DNA from: Raillietiella orientalis
Taxonomy: Eukaryota
Length of the DNA stretch: 50,012 bases
Direction: 5' to 3'
Assembly: GCA_036172245.1 (NCBI GenBank)
Contig: JAYWIR010000116.1
Location: 62,001-112,012 of the forward strand
Of this stretch, positions 22,326 through 34,937 are shown in pieces. The notes under the pieces are model-generated. The model saw only the letters and a program-made list of their open reading frames with translations. It made no database searches and had not been told where the DNA came from. The number at the start of each line of letters is the position of its first letter. The stretch's first letter is position 1. The position numbers were made by a program, and so were the translations under genes.

Positions 22326-25300
22326 TCACCGGATTACGCCGTTCTCAAAGGTGTGTAAACCGGCGATGTATGCCGGTGATGTCCTCATTCACCTTGTCAC
22401 GAAGATGAGATCACCTTGCAGCCTTCTCCATGAATTGAGCTGCAAGCAGGTGAGCCTCCCTTCGCTGCGATGACAACTCCAGGGCGTAGCGGGCCTTCAC
22501 GATGGCGCGAACGCAACACATGGTTGCGACAATCGCGCCAACCGAAAGTCCATTTCTGCTGAAGAAGCGCCGCAGCACATCAATGGCAGTGCCACCTTGT
22601 GGCATGATGGCCGAAGTGAGCCTTCGCCACAGTTCCCGGAGGTCACCGCAGTCCAACAAAAGGTGCGGAAAAGACTCGATCTCTCCGCACCTTAAACAGT
22701 TTGGCAAAGCAGCTCCCCCGGAAACGATGCTTCGCTGCCTATTACAGTGTAATGCACAATGTAAAAAGAGCAGCACATCTTGTTTCCACTTAAGGGGGAA
22801 CACGGAGCTGTCCAAACAAACGGGGGGAACCACTATCTCTCCGGGGGGCACACTTAAATGTTCGCTCCACCGAAGCAGTCCCTTCGCCCGATTCCGAGGT
22901 GTGGAGGCTTGCACCAGCTCCTTTGTCGTCCAGCTGCCGAGGAGCTTACTGACTCCCGCTATTTTGCAGGAGAACTCCCATTCCGCCGGTAGGCAGCCGT
23001 CGTTGCTTGCCCTGAGGGCAGACAGCGCTACGGCGAGTGGTGTGGCGGCCAGACGATCCGACAACTTCTTGTCCTGCATGACTTCGTCCATTTGATGACT
23101 GAGGAGAAGTCGCAGGCGTCGAAGATCTTCCGGGCGCGTTCCTTCGGAAGCTGCCCACGATGAAAAAGATTCCTGCCGCCATGCATTAATGTTCATGGGG
23201 CGGCAGGAGATCCAGCTTGGGGCTTCCAGCAGTGAGGACAGCTGCCTCAGCGGGAAGCCAAACCCTATTCTGGTGTGCCGAAAGTGGGGTAGCAACGAAA
23301 GCAGTCCCTCGCTTCCCGTGCAGCGCCTCAGTATAAGGCGTGCGGGTAAGCACCACGGCGTACACCACAGCTTGGCACAGAGCCGCAGCATGCGAAACTG
23401 CACCTGCAGTTCGATGCTGTTTAAGTCGAGGATGCCCAAGCCCGCATCCTGACGCGGCGCCACCAAGTCTTTAAGTCTAACACGGGATCTTGCAGCGCCC
23501 CACAACGCTTTGCGTAGAAGGCGCTGCGCCCAGACTTTGACTTCCTGGGGGGGTGGACAAACAAAAAAACAGGGGGCGGAGGAGGGGGGCAACGAAGGTG
23601 TTCCAGATGCAGGCCCGTTCCGGCAAGACGAACTCGCCTCCTGAAAACGGGCTAAGTGCACGCTCTGCCTTCCGAAGGCAGTCCGACCACGCTTCGGAGA
23701 CGCAGAAGTCGCCCAACGGCACGCCAAGGTACCTGAGGTACCTGCCCGTGGGGATCCCCAGATCGATCCAGTCGGACTGCCCCTACCACGTCGCACCAAC
23801 CGGAACAACCATACACTTACTCCTGTTAACGCTCACGCCCGCACCACGACGGATCAACTCAAAGAAATCTTCAAGCGACGCTGTCGGGGTGGACATGGGC
23901 AACAGGAGAAGCAGGTCGTCGGCATAGGCTGCCACGGCGGGCGTACCTGGACAGGAGCTCGGCAGGTTGGCTAGCGTTAGCCTGTAAGCCTCCAGCACCA
24001 ATTCAAAATAGATGCTGAAGAGCAGCGGGCTTAAGCTGTCACCCTGCCTAATTCCTCGTCGTACAGGCACGCCGTACACGCGACAGCCACTGAAAACAAT
24101 GGATGTAATCGCGTGGCGCCAGCAGGAGCGCAAGTACGCCAACAGGGATGCCGGAAGACCCAGACGTTCCAAAAGCTCAAGAAGAAGCTTTTGGTTCACG
24201 CAATCGAAAGCTTTGTGCAGATCGACTGCAACCGCCAAGGCTCCCGGTGTCTCCCCTTGCGTCCCGCGCCTCCGTCGGTGAGAGATCGAAGGCGTCGCTT
24301 CCGCACGACGATCCACCGCCACACGATGCTGCAATTGCAGCCATGTGCGGATGAACAAGAGATTCGCGTCCATGGACCGCCCAGGAACAGCGTACGTCTG
24401 CTCCGGACTTACCAAGGATTCCGCGATCCTACCCATCCGCGCCACCCAAAGTTTCGAGAACAACTTGACGTCCGAATTCACTAATGTGATCGGACGCCAG
24501 TTGTTCAGTTGGCGCAAATCTCCGCCTTTCGGCAGTAGACGCACCTTCGCTGAGCGAAACGAGGCGGGGATATCGCGCGAGTCTCGCATCAGCGACGAGA
24601 GCTGGAGCACCAGAGGGATGAGCTCCGCCGCAAAACACTGAAAGAATTCCGCGGGGAGCCCATCTTCGCCTGGCGCTTTTCGTCTCTTGAGCCCCGAGAT
24701 GGCCGAGGAAATTTCCTCTGCCGTGAAGGGCTCATCAAGACGCGCGCGTTCCTCCTCGTCTACAACAGGTGCATCAATCGGCAGAAGCAGCCGGGAGAGG
24801 CTGCGTTCCGTCGGTGCCTCTGCAGACAGAGAAGAGTAATAGCGCCTGACTATCCGTCGCACGTCGGCTGGAGCCGAGCATTCCCGGTCCTGGTCGTCGA
24901 GCAGAACTGTCGCCCCTGACTGCCAGACCTGGCGCTCGGCCTTGGCCTTGTACTCGGATAATCGACCAACGTCCGCGCGCCTGGAGTAGGAGCGGGCCTG
25001 CAGAAAATCTCTGCTGTTGGCTACGCCCTCTCCGAAGCCGCGCGGAAGCTGGTGCAAGGGAAACCGGCAGCAGAACTCCCGGACCGATCTTTTCAGATCG
25101 TCCCAGTCGTCGAGCTCATTTATGGCAAAGCCGAGGAGGTACTGGCGAAGATGCTCAGCCGCCTCCGGGTGGCTTAGCCAGTCTGCCGGCATCCTCCAAA
25201 AACAGTTTGGAGGCCCCTTGCCTGGCGGGAGCAACTCGAACTCGAGCCTGTTATGGTCTGAAAGCACGGACGGCACGGGACCTCTCCGACCCACTCGACA

Positions 25301-25918
25301 GAGCAAGTGTTCATCAAGGTATACGTGGTCCGGCGTTGCTGCCATAACAGGGTCGCTAGCGAACAAGTTGCACGCGTGCACGGACGCGCACATCTCTTCC
25401 GCTAGCAACTTTTCCCTTTTGTGGGATCTATTCTCGGAAAGCAGGTGGACGTTAAAGTCCCCCGCAATGAGATGGGCCACAGTAGTGTGAGATCGAGTGA
25501 GCCACTGGCCTTGAAGGGTACCGAAGAACTCAATCCTTTCGGCCCATCGTCCAGCACCGCTCGGCGCGTACACGTTGGTTACGACAAGGTCGATCGATTC
25601 GGACCACTTGAGTACAAGCTGTCCCACTCGGCCTTCCGTGTCGAAACGAACGCTGCGCACCGCTCCCGCCAAAGTTCCTCGCACGAGGAAAGCGACGCCG
25701 CACGTACGTGCAACGCCGCACCTATACAGTAGCGTTCCGCCCGCGCGCCGTTCGATTTCGGCAGCCTGCTCTCCGGAGATGCTGTGAATCTCCTGCAGGA
25801 GCGTCAAGTCGAAGGCGCGCAGCTCGTCAGCCACTAGTCGCCTCTTCTCCTCGTGTTGGAGCCCGTTGACGTTCCAAGACGTTACGGCAACACGACGAGA
25901 AGACGCGATTGCCCTCAT
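22326..25918 (-). pseudogene. Element B ORF2 (APE-RT-Cys/His), disrupted
   Basis: 712-aa open stretch 23783..25921 with all EN and RT motifs including YADD, then a stop and frameshift; CLRCGEIESFPHLLLDC in 22411..23808. 3' limit approximate. Confidence 0.92.
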
Positions 25919-27821
25919 CACGGCTGGGAAAGCGAGGCCGTGGTGCTCGCCTCACCCGGCGAGCGGGCAGTAAGCAGCACGACGGGCTGGAGGGCGCGGT
26001 CGCCACCGGCCTCAACTGTGCTGCACGTAATCGGGTGCTCCTCCCCGGGTGCAGAACCTGGGGGTTCCGGGGTGAGCACTCGCCGTTCCGCGGCGAGTGT
26101 GTCACGCCTCAGGGCTTCAGCCCTGCGGGCGCTCGCTCCCGCGCGAGTTACGCGTCGTTCAGCTGCGTTATCGGACTCCTTTGCGAAGTCTGATGCTCGC
26201 ACGATCGACGTGCGCTTGCATCCGTCCGATTGCACCGGAATGGTCTTCTCGGCGGTCACAGAAGCGGACTTGCACGCGTTGAAGGCGTTGGCTTTTTCCT
26301 TGGAAGAGTCACAAGCCGCGCGTGTTTTCGTATTCGCGCGACTGCTTTTTCCTTTGGAAGAGCTCAGGGATGGAGGTTGCGGAGCTTTCTTGGAGATTTT
26401 TCTTTCCTCCTCTCCACAACCTTCCATTCGCCTTCGCGATTTTCGGAAGCTTCCGCGACAGTAGTTGCGGAAACCTCCGGGATTTTCGCTGCGTTCTCTG
26501 GGGGCGTTGCTTTCGCTACGCCTTTAAAAGGCGGCAACGGAGTCACCTTCTTGACAGTCGGGAGATTCCTCCTCTCCTGCCGAGTCGGCGATGGGGCGAC
26601 TGCATGCAGCGTGCTTTTGCTCGTTGCGACGCTGCTTTTTACGGCTTTCGTAGCCTTTGCAGTGGGGCCTGCGCTGCAGTGGGGCTGTCCGGAACTCGGA
26701 AGGGACAACGGAACGGGGCAAGAAGTCTTCGCACTGTTGCGATCTTCCTGTTTTCCTACCTTTCCCTCCAGGGTGTTACGGAGATTTCCTGGTTCCAGGT
26801 TCGAAAAGGTGCCTGCGAGTTCGGCAGAGAGGGAAGGCACGGCACGCGTCAAACCCTCGCGCCCCTTTTTAATTGGCTTCCCCGCCGTGACTTTCCCCTT
26901 TCGGGGCGTTGCGGGCGGGGATGGTTTCTTTTTATCCGCGGATCGCTCGTGGTTTTTTTCGAGTTTTTGCGGACGACGTTTTTTATTTGCCGCTGCGGCT
27001 TTTCGTGCAGTGGTCTCTTGAACCCGACGAATTTCCGCTGCGGCTCTTTTTCTTGCAAGTACCGGGCACTTCTTGATTTCGTGCCCGGAATCTTTGCAAT
27101 AGCGGCATCTTGGAGAGGGGCACTTTTTAATTCGGTGCCCATCCTTGCCGCACTGCTCGCACGCGCGAGTCTGGCCTATGAACCACAGGTGAACGACCGT
27201 GCCGTTCACCTGCAGCTGCTCAGGCACAACACGCCTGTTCGCGACGGTGATCCGCGCGGAGGCTTGTCCAATGTGGACAGAGGGGAAATCCTTTAGAGGA
27301 TTTGGCCTCCTCCACAGAGCGTGCACGGTGGCGAACTTCGCCAGCACACTTACGACATCGCGGTCGGAGATGTCCGGTTCGATGTCGCACAATTGAACGA
27401 CAAAAGAGTCGTCCATCGCGGTAGGTAGGACTTCCTTGCCATTGATGGTCAACGGCGTACGGAGAAGGCGCTGCACAAGTGCTGCGTTCTTGCACCGAAT
27501 CTTTGTATATTCCATCCTGCCAGCAGGCATTATGGCAAGGAGTTCCTCCTCGCGAACGCCTATCCGGACGAGCTCATCATTGAGCTCACGACCGATTCTC
27601 CCGTTAAGTGGCCCACTGACCTTATAACGGAGTGCAGGCATGTATCCTGATGACACATATGCCTGGAACTCCGCATCGCAGGGTCCTGGTCTTTGGGAGG
27701 TAACGACGGCGTAACTCCTCACCGGGGGCGAGGAAACCATTATGGAGGATGCGGCCACTTCAAGTGCAGCTGAAGTGCATCCAGTGGCTTGCTCCTCCAC
27801 ACTATCCTGTGTACTGGCCAT
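25918..27821 (-). pseudogene. Element B ORF1 (two CCHC knuckles), one frameshift near 26400
   Basis: CEQCGKDGHRIKKC and CRYCKDSGHEIKKC in 26364..27821; tail in 25918..26427 ends LSQP-TGA overlapping the ORF2 ATG. Confidence 0.9.
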
Positions 27822-27936
27822 GTTGCACTATGCTACTTGGCAGATTGCACAGGAACACACAAGTGCGAGCAAAAACGCAGGCACAAAGTTGCCCGATCGT
27901 TGGCGCGGAAAGACGCGGAAACACGTCTGCACTGTA

Positions 27937-28687
27937 CGAGCGCAGGAGATCGAACAGATCTCGGGTGGGCGGCTGTTGTGGCGTTGCGGCACTGCGAAAT
28001 CAAGCGGTGTCGCCTTCCTGCTTCGGCCAGCCATCCAGACCGCAATAAAGGACGTTCGACGCAGGTCAACAACAGATGACGCAGGTCGCGTCGGTCAGCT
28101 GACTCTCAGCTGGTCCGACTCTATCGACCTGGTCGTCACCAACCTATACGCTCCTAGCGGAAACAACGCGTTGAGGGCGAAGGCAAGAAGGGAATTCTAC
28201 CTTGCCCTGAGACGCGATTGGCTGACCGATGCAGGAGTTCGCAAAGCGCACCTGATCGCAGGTGATTTCAACCTGCTCCTGCTTTCAGGTGCGCAGGATA
28301 CACTGAACGACCGCGTCAACGAGTTGTGCGCAGAAATGAACACGCGCAACTTGTTGGCCGGTGACACGGCCATGGAAAGCAGCATCGATCACGTGTACCT
28401 TGATCAGCACCTATGCTCTCGGGTGGGCAGGCGCGGCAAGGTACCATCCGAGCTGTCGGACCATGGTCGGATCATGTTCGAAGTGCGTCCGCGCGACAAG
28501 GGCCCCCCCTCGTCAGCGTAGCGTCTGCCAGCACTTTGCCTGAAGTTTCCCGCCGCGGCGCAGCACCTCCGCGCGTTTATTCGGAGCTTCAGGATGCAGA
28601 CACTTCATGACTGGGACCGCTTCAAGCGGTCGGTCCAGGAGTTCTGCGATCAGTTCCTCCTGCATCGCCTACGTGCGGGATTTGGGG
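27937..28687 (+). mobile_element. Element A' part 2 (endonuclease and linker)
   Basis: Colinear with A ~16426-17164; NLYAP, AGDFN, IDH, SDH. Confidence 0.92.
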
Positions 28688-28900
28688 TTGTCACCCAGGT
28701 ACGCCCGGGGCGTTTATTGAAAAAACTCTACATAAACGTGGTACGAGGCCCCACTTACGGCCACACAACATCGGACCTGCCGGGACGCCGGAACGCAGCC
28801 CGGCGTGACGCTCCTCGGCAGTGGAGGGGGATAGGGATCAAAACAAAAAGAAAAATAAAGATAAGGAAAACAAAAAAGAGTCTGGAGGGAGGGGAAGGGA

Positions 28901-31900
28901 TCACGTTCCACTTAGACGAAGGTCCATCCTTCGCAGGATGCCCTCTAGGTCCATCTTCATGTTTACCAGATGGGGCCATCTCGCTGCTCTCCGCATGAAG
29001 CAGACCGCATACGGGATGACATCCCTCACGTTGGCATCCACTCCTTCGTCGCGAATGTCGCTCCATGCCGCCACGATGCCCCGGATGCAGCAGAGGGCTG
29101 CGATGGCTGCGGCGGGCTGCAGGGCGTCCCGCACGAAGAGGGGCCGAAGAACGTCTCTGGGCGCGCTGCCCGCTGGGAGCCCGAAGGTCGTCCGGAACCG
29201 TTCCAACAGGGGTCGGAGGGCAGCACAGTCAACTACTAGGTGGGAGAGCGATTATCGCTCTCCACACCTGGCACACTCAGGCCTTACACTCCCCCGCGTC
29301 CAGTGGAAGCGGCGCGCGTTGCAGGGTAGACCCCAGTGCAACAGTAGCAGCGCCGACTCTTGCGACTTAAGGGGGAGAAGCCTGGATTCGATTAATATTG
29401 GGGGACACTTCAGGTCATCCGTCGGGCTGCCGAGCAGCTCGCCTTATCTACGAAGTCCACGAGGGAGGGCACTCGGGGTTGTGGCATCTGCCAGTTCTCC
29501 CGTGGTCCAACCTCTCATCTTCTTTTCCTTGCTTGCGATTCGGCAGGAGACTTGCCACATTGGCTTGCGGCCGCTCGTTAAAGCCCTTCGTAGGAAGGGC
29601 AGGGTCGAAGCTAGGGGGGTAGTCTCCGCACACGTGCTCCTGGCGGGACACTCAAGAGTAGTCCGCACTGTGCAGCAGGCGTTGGGGCCGAATCGCAGGC
29701 GGTTCCAGTCCGGGGAAGTCTGGAGGTTCAGCTTGGCCCACGTCGCAACGCATTTCTTTAGCCAGGCGGAGATATTGGCGGGGCTGCATACCGTCCAGCC
29801 GTTGTCTCTCACCAGGGATTCCATGCGCCCAAGGAGAAGGCCGCATCTTCTCACCTTCCTGCCGGAGCACAGAAGGTACGACGCGAGTCCTCGCGTCCTG
29901 GACACACGGCTGGCGAGGATGCGGCCCGGAACGCACCAAGGGGTGCTCCATGCTTTTGCTGCGATGGCGAGGGTGCGCCATCGCATCTGTATGTCCAGTC
30001 GCTCCAGCGTCAGGAGGCCGAGACCGCCGTCCCGACGAGGAGCGCATAAGTCATCTAGAGGCACACGTGGCCTCCCGCTGCCCCAGAGGGCGATTCTGAG
30101 TAGGTCTTTTGTCCTCTTTTTAATGTCACGGGGGACGGGGCACACAAAAAGCAGGGGGCGGAGGATGGGAGCCGCGAAGGCGTTCCACACCGCGGCCCGT
30201 TCCGGCAGAAGGAACTTGCCTTCCAGGAACGGGCCGATCGCCAACTCTACCTTCTGGAGACGACCTGACCAGGCTTCTGCGAGGCAGAAGTCCCCCAACG
30301 GGACACCCAGGTACTTCAGGTACCTGGCCGTGGGGATCCCCAAGCGGATCCAGTCAGGCCGTCCGACCCACGTCGCACCCACCGGTACGACCGACGACTT
30401 CGCCTTGTTTACCCGCAGTGCAGTCCCACTACTTAGCAGGACGAAGAATTCCACGACTGCGGCTGCCGGGGCGGACATGGGCAACATGAGCAGAAGATCG
30501 TCGGCGTATGCTGCAACGGCGGGCGTGCCGAGGCACGAGCTGGGCAGGGCAGCCAAAGTCACCCTGTACGCTCTCAGCACGAACACAAAGTAGGTGCTGA
30601 AGAGAAGGGGACTGAGGCTATCGCCCTGCCGTATGCCTCGCCGCACCGGCACGCCGTACACCTGTTGGCCGAAAAAGCAGATGTTAATTATGGCGTTGCG
30701 CCAGTAGGAGCGCAGGAAGGAGAGAAGGGAGGGTGGGAAGCCCATGCGACCCAGGAGCTCCAACAGTAGCTCCTGGTCAACGCAGTCGAACGCCTTATGG
30801 AGATCGACCGCGATCGCTAGGGCCCCCTTTCCAGCCCGGGTGTCCATTCCCAGCCCAGCTGACGGCCCCAAAGTGAAGTTGCCAATCTTTCCGCCAGTTT
30901 CATTCAGGCAGCGTTGCACATGGAACCATGTGCTCGCGAAGAACAGGTTGGCATCCATACTTCGCCCGGGAACAGCGTATGTCTGCTCCGGGCTAATTAT
31001 GGGATCTGCCACCTGTCCTAGACGCGAAGCCCACAGTCCAGCGATCAGCTTGGCGTCCGTATTCACAATTGTGATCGGACGCCAGTTGCCTGGTGATCTC
31101 AGGTCTCCTCCCTTCGGGAGGAGCCTCACACGGGCTGACCGAAACGAGGCGGGAACGTCTCCTTCGTCTCGGATCAGCCCGGTCAACTGGAGAACCAGGG
31201 GGGCCAGCTCTGTCGCGAAGCATTGAAAAAATTCCGCAGGCAAGATGTCCTCCCCTTGCGCCTTACGCCTCTTAAGCCTCTTAATACCGGCGAGAATTTC
31301 ACCGGTAAAAAAAGGCTCGTCGAGGCTGATCCTCTCCTCCTCCCCTATTGCCTGGCCTCCGTATGGAAGCAGGAGCCGCGAGGCGTCCCACTCTGCGGGT
31401 GCCCTAGCGTAGAGGGAGGAATAATACTGCCGCACGAGGCGCCTCACCGCGGGTGGGGCCGATCGCTCCCGGCCCTGGTCGTCCAGCAAGCTGGCCGACC
31501 CGGATTGCCAGGCTTGGCGCTCGGCCCCGGCTCGATATTCGGCCAGGCGACGGACATTGGGGGTTCTCTCGTACCGGCGGGCCTGTAAATAGGCCCTATA
31601 ATTCCGAGCCCCATCCCCAAATCCGGGGGACAGGCGGTGCAGGGGGAATTCCTCGCAGAAATCGCGGACCGAGGCCTTGAAGAGGTCCCAATCTTTGAGA
31701 CTGCGGAAGGTGACGCCTCTCAGGAATTCGCGAAGGTGTTCCTTCGCTCCTGAGAGCCGCGTCCAGTCCCCAGGCTACCGCCACGCCCTGGCCGGGGGTC
31801 CTTTCTCGCGCGGGCATCCCTCGGCGATTAGCCTGGAATGGTCCGACAGCGTCGACGCAACTTTTCCCCGTTTGCCGACCTGCCAGCACAGATCGACATC

Positions 31901-32497
31901 CAGGAAGAAGTGGTCGATGCTGCGGTCCATTCCCTCCGCGTCCGTCAACAAGTTGCGCGTGCGCATGGCAGCGCACAAGTCGTTGGCCGTGCGTTCTTGT
32001 GCTTCGGGCTCACCTGACAGCAGTCGGAGATTGAAGTCCCCAGCTATCAGGTGTGCCTTCCGCACGTTCGTATCGGCCAGCCAGTCGCGTTTCAGGGTTT
32101 CCAGCAACCTGGTACGGTCGCTGTATCCCCCTTTCCCGCTTATGGCGTACACGTTCGTGAAGATCAATTCGATCAAGTCGGTCCAGCTGAGAATCAGCTG
32201 ACCGACCCGATAGTCGTCATCGAAGCGTACGCCATTCACGGCAGCGTCGATGGCCGGCTTCACGAAAAACTCGACCCCACAGGTGTTGCGGGCGCCGCAT
32301 CGCCAATACAACCGACCCCCCGCGATCGTCTCGATCTCCTGGGCGTCTGCCGCGGTGATCACGTGGATCTCCTGCAGCAGGGCCAGATCGAACTCACGCA
32401 GGGTGTCGGCCGTATCTCGTCTGTGGCCGTCGTCGCGCAGCCCGTTGACTTTCCAACTGGCCACGCGGATTCGACGGCGACAGGCGAGCCCAGGTGT
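28901..32497 (-). pseudogene. Element C ORF2, disrupted
   Basis: EN in 31775..32464; 681-aa RT-containing frame 29444..31489 with YADD; C-terminus 28901..29206. Confidence 0.92.
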
Positions 32498-34250
32498 TAT
32501 TCCTGGGAAATCGGCTCTGCGGCGTCCGCCACCTGTTGGGGTGGGACGCTAGGCGGAGCAGGAGGGACAGGTGCCTCGAGCACCTGGTCCCCCTGCTCCA
32601 TCGGTGACGGCGCGTCGAGCGGGTCACCCTCCGGTGGGGTCGCGCCTACCTGTTGGCCCTCCTCCATACGGGTGGGCTGTACAGGGGCCGCGCCGGCAAG
32701 GAGGACTTCGCCCTCTTGCTCACCCTCCTCCATGGGTGTGGCCTAATCGGCGACTTCCGCGCGTGGGATTTCCCCCTCCGGGATTCCCACGCTGCCGTCG
32801 GCTTCCTGCTTCTCCTCCTCGCTCGTGGAGGGGAGGCGCCTCCTCGGCTTTTGGGACTTGCGTCCCGTCTTCCGGGGGGGTGTCTCCGACGAGGAGGATG
32901 CACTTCCGGCCCCCAGGTCGCACTCATCTGCGGGGGCCTCCCTCGGTGGAGCCGGCCTTCGCACGGCCTTGCGTGAGGGGTTCTCACGCTCGGCCAGCGT
33001 GGCCGCGAGCACCTCCGCCGCCTGCGCGAACTCGGCGTCCTCGCATTCGGCGCGCGCTTCGCGCGACTCACCCTTTGTGCAAACAGAGGGTTCGTCGTCG
33101 CGAACCTCGAGCGCTGCGGAAACGGCGTGGGAAGGCTCGTCGCCCCGGGTGGCAGTCTCGGGAACGGCTATGCGCTCCAGTGCCACCATACATTTCGGCA
33201 TGGTCTTGCAGCGCGGAACAGGTTTTTTCGCCTTGCCGGCTGTCTTTTTTACCGCTTTCGCGGGTTCCGCGGAAGGCACCTTTTTCTCCTTCCTGGCCTT
33301 GACCAGCTGCCAACCGTCTTGGACTCCTGCGTCTTCGGAAGGTTTTTCTTCCGACGCCTGTGTGGGAGGAACAGGGGCTAGCGGCTGCTGCCGGCCAGTA
33401 TCTCTTTTTGGTCTTTCCACCATTTTTCCGCGTTTTGCCTGTGCTTTCTTTGCAGCAGGCGGCACCGGAGTGGGGCGTTTAGGGCATACGCGGCGCACGT
33501 GGCCCTTCTCCCCGCATAGGTGGCACACAATGTTCGGGCAAAGCTTGCGCAAGTGTCCTACTGCATTGCAGTAGCCACAAAAGCGGGGTTTCCTCACGTA
33601 CCAGAGGTCTACGACTTCGTCATTGACCTCTAGTTTGTGGGGAAGGCCACTCTTTTTCACTGTCACGCGCGCGGCGGCCTGCCCCCCGAACAGGCTATCG
33701 AAGCCGTCGAAGATTGTGGCCTTTGGCCATAGCGCGTGAACATCGCCATATTTTCTTAACTGATCACCAACCGCAAACCGCGTCATGCGGCTGGTGATCC
33801 CTGTCAGATGGACCACTACGGAGCGGTCCATCGTCACTGGTAGGATCTTGCGTCCTTCCACGTTCAGCGGGGTGGTAATCAAGCTTGGCGCCAAGGTGAT
33901 GTCCTTGCAGACAACCTCGACGCGCTGACCTCCGCTGAGCACGGATAGACCGTCAAGATCCTTTTCTAATACGTTGGCGTTCTGCAGCGCCATCGAGAAA
34001 GCGCGTGCAGTTCGCCCGTGAAAGAGATTGCCTACCTGGTACACCAAGCTGGGCTTGTACCCAGCTGCCCGGTAGGCCGCCATCTCTGATATGGTTTCCG
34101 CGCTCGGCGCGGCGACCATGGCGCCCCAGCTCCTCGCCTTGGGCGGCGAGGGCGATTCCGGGGCGGATGCCCCTGATTCTGTAGGTCGTGGGGGGGGCTA
34201 GCCTCCCTCCCGCCTACCTCCATCGTGGTGTCCTCTGGCAGCGATGCCAT
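32497..34250 (-). pseudogene. Element C ORF1, disrupted
   Basis: ATG at 34250 (MASLPEDTTMEVG); CGYCNAVGHLRKLC and CHLCGEKGHVRRVC in 32743..34119; tail 32497..32733. Confidence 0.9.
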
Positions 34251-34353
34251 CGGACACCAACGATGTGAAAAAGCACACACTGAACCAAAAAAAAAACCGC
34301 TTTCCGCTGCTCGTTCGCATAGCGCCGGAAAAACACGTCCGCTCTCGAGGAGA

Positions 34354-34937
34354 GGGAGTTGGGGAGGGGCCGCGTAACGAAAGTTGCTATCTTCAGGCCC
34401 GACGTTACGCGAGAACCCCCGACAGGCACAGGTTAGCAGAGTATTGAGCGGGAGCCGAGAGGCAAGCCTAGAAATCCGGGTCGGCCAGCTTGCTGGACGA
34501 CCAGGGCCGGGAGCACTCGGTTCTTCCTCAGAAACGCAAGATAGTGAGGAAATTTTACTCCTCCTTGTACGCCAGGGCGCCTCCGGAGCGAGACGTCTCA
34601 CGACTTCTGCTTCCGGAAGGTGCTCCAGCGATCGGGGAGGAGGAGAAAAGAAGCCTGGACGAGCCTTTCACGATGGACGAGACCCTCTCGGCCATCGGCA
34701 AGCTCAGGAGGCGGAAGGCTCCAGTGGAGGACGGCCTGCCCGCGGAGTTTTACCAAACTTTTGCGGCTGAGCTTACCCCCCTGTTACAGCAACTCACCTT
34801 GCTGATCCGCAAAACTGGTGACGTTCTCACCTCGTTTCGTTCAGCAAAGGTGCGGCTCCTCCCTAAGGGAGAAGACCTTAGGAGTATGAACAACTGGCGT
34901 CCCATCACAATAGTGAATGCGGACGCCAAGTTGATAG
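34354..34937 (+). mobile_element. Element A' part 3 (linker and start of RT)
   Basis: Colinear with A ~17154-17737; KAPVEDGLPAEFY and WRPITIVNADAKLI; cut by D. Confidence 0.92.

Larger units (their letters stand above)
21990..27936 (-). mobile_element. Element B: full-length LINE (~5.9 kb), divergent family related to E
   Basis: Terminus motif at 21990-22019; 5' motif GCAGACGTGTTT near 27919-27930; degenerate TSD CAAGCACGGGAGAT (21976-21989) / CGAGCGCAGGAGAT (27937-27950); host A' resumes after it. Confidence 0.92.
28688..34353 (-). mobile_element. Element C: full-length LINE (~5.7 kb)
   Basis: Terminus motif at 28688-28718; 5' motif GAGCGGACGTGTTTTT at 34329-34344; TSD GGGATTTGGGG (28677-28687) / GGGAGTTGGGG (34354-34364). 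Confidence 0.93.
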
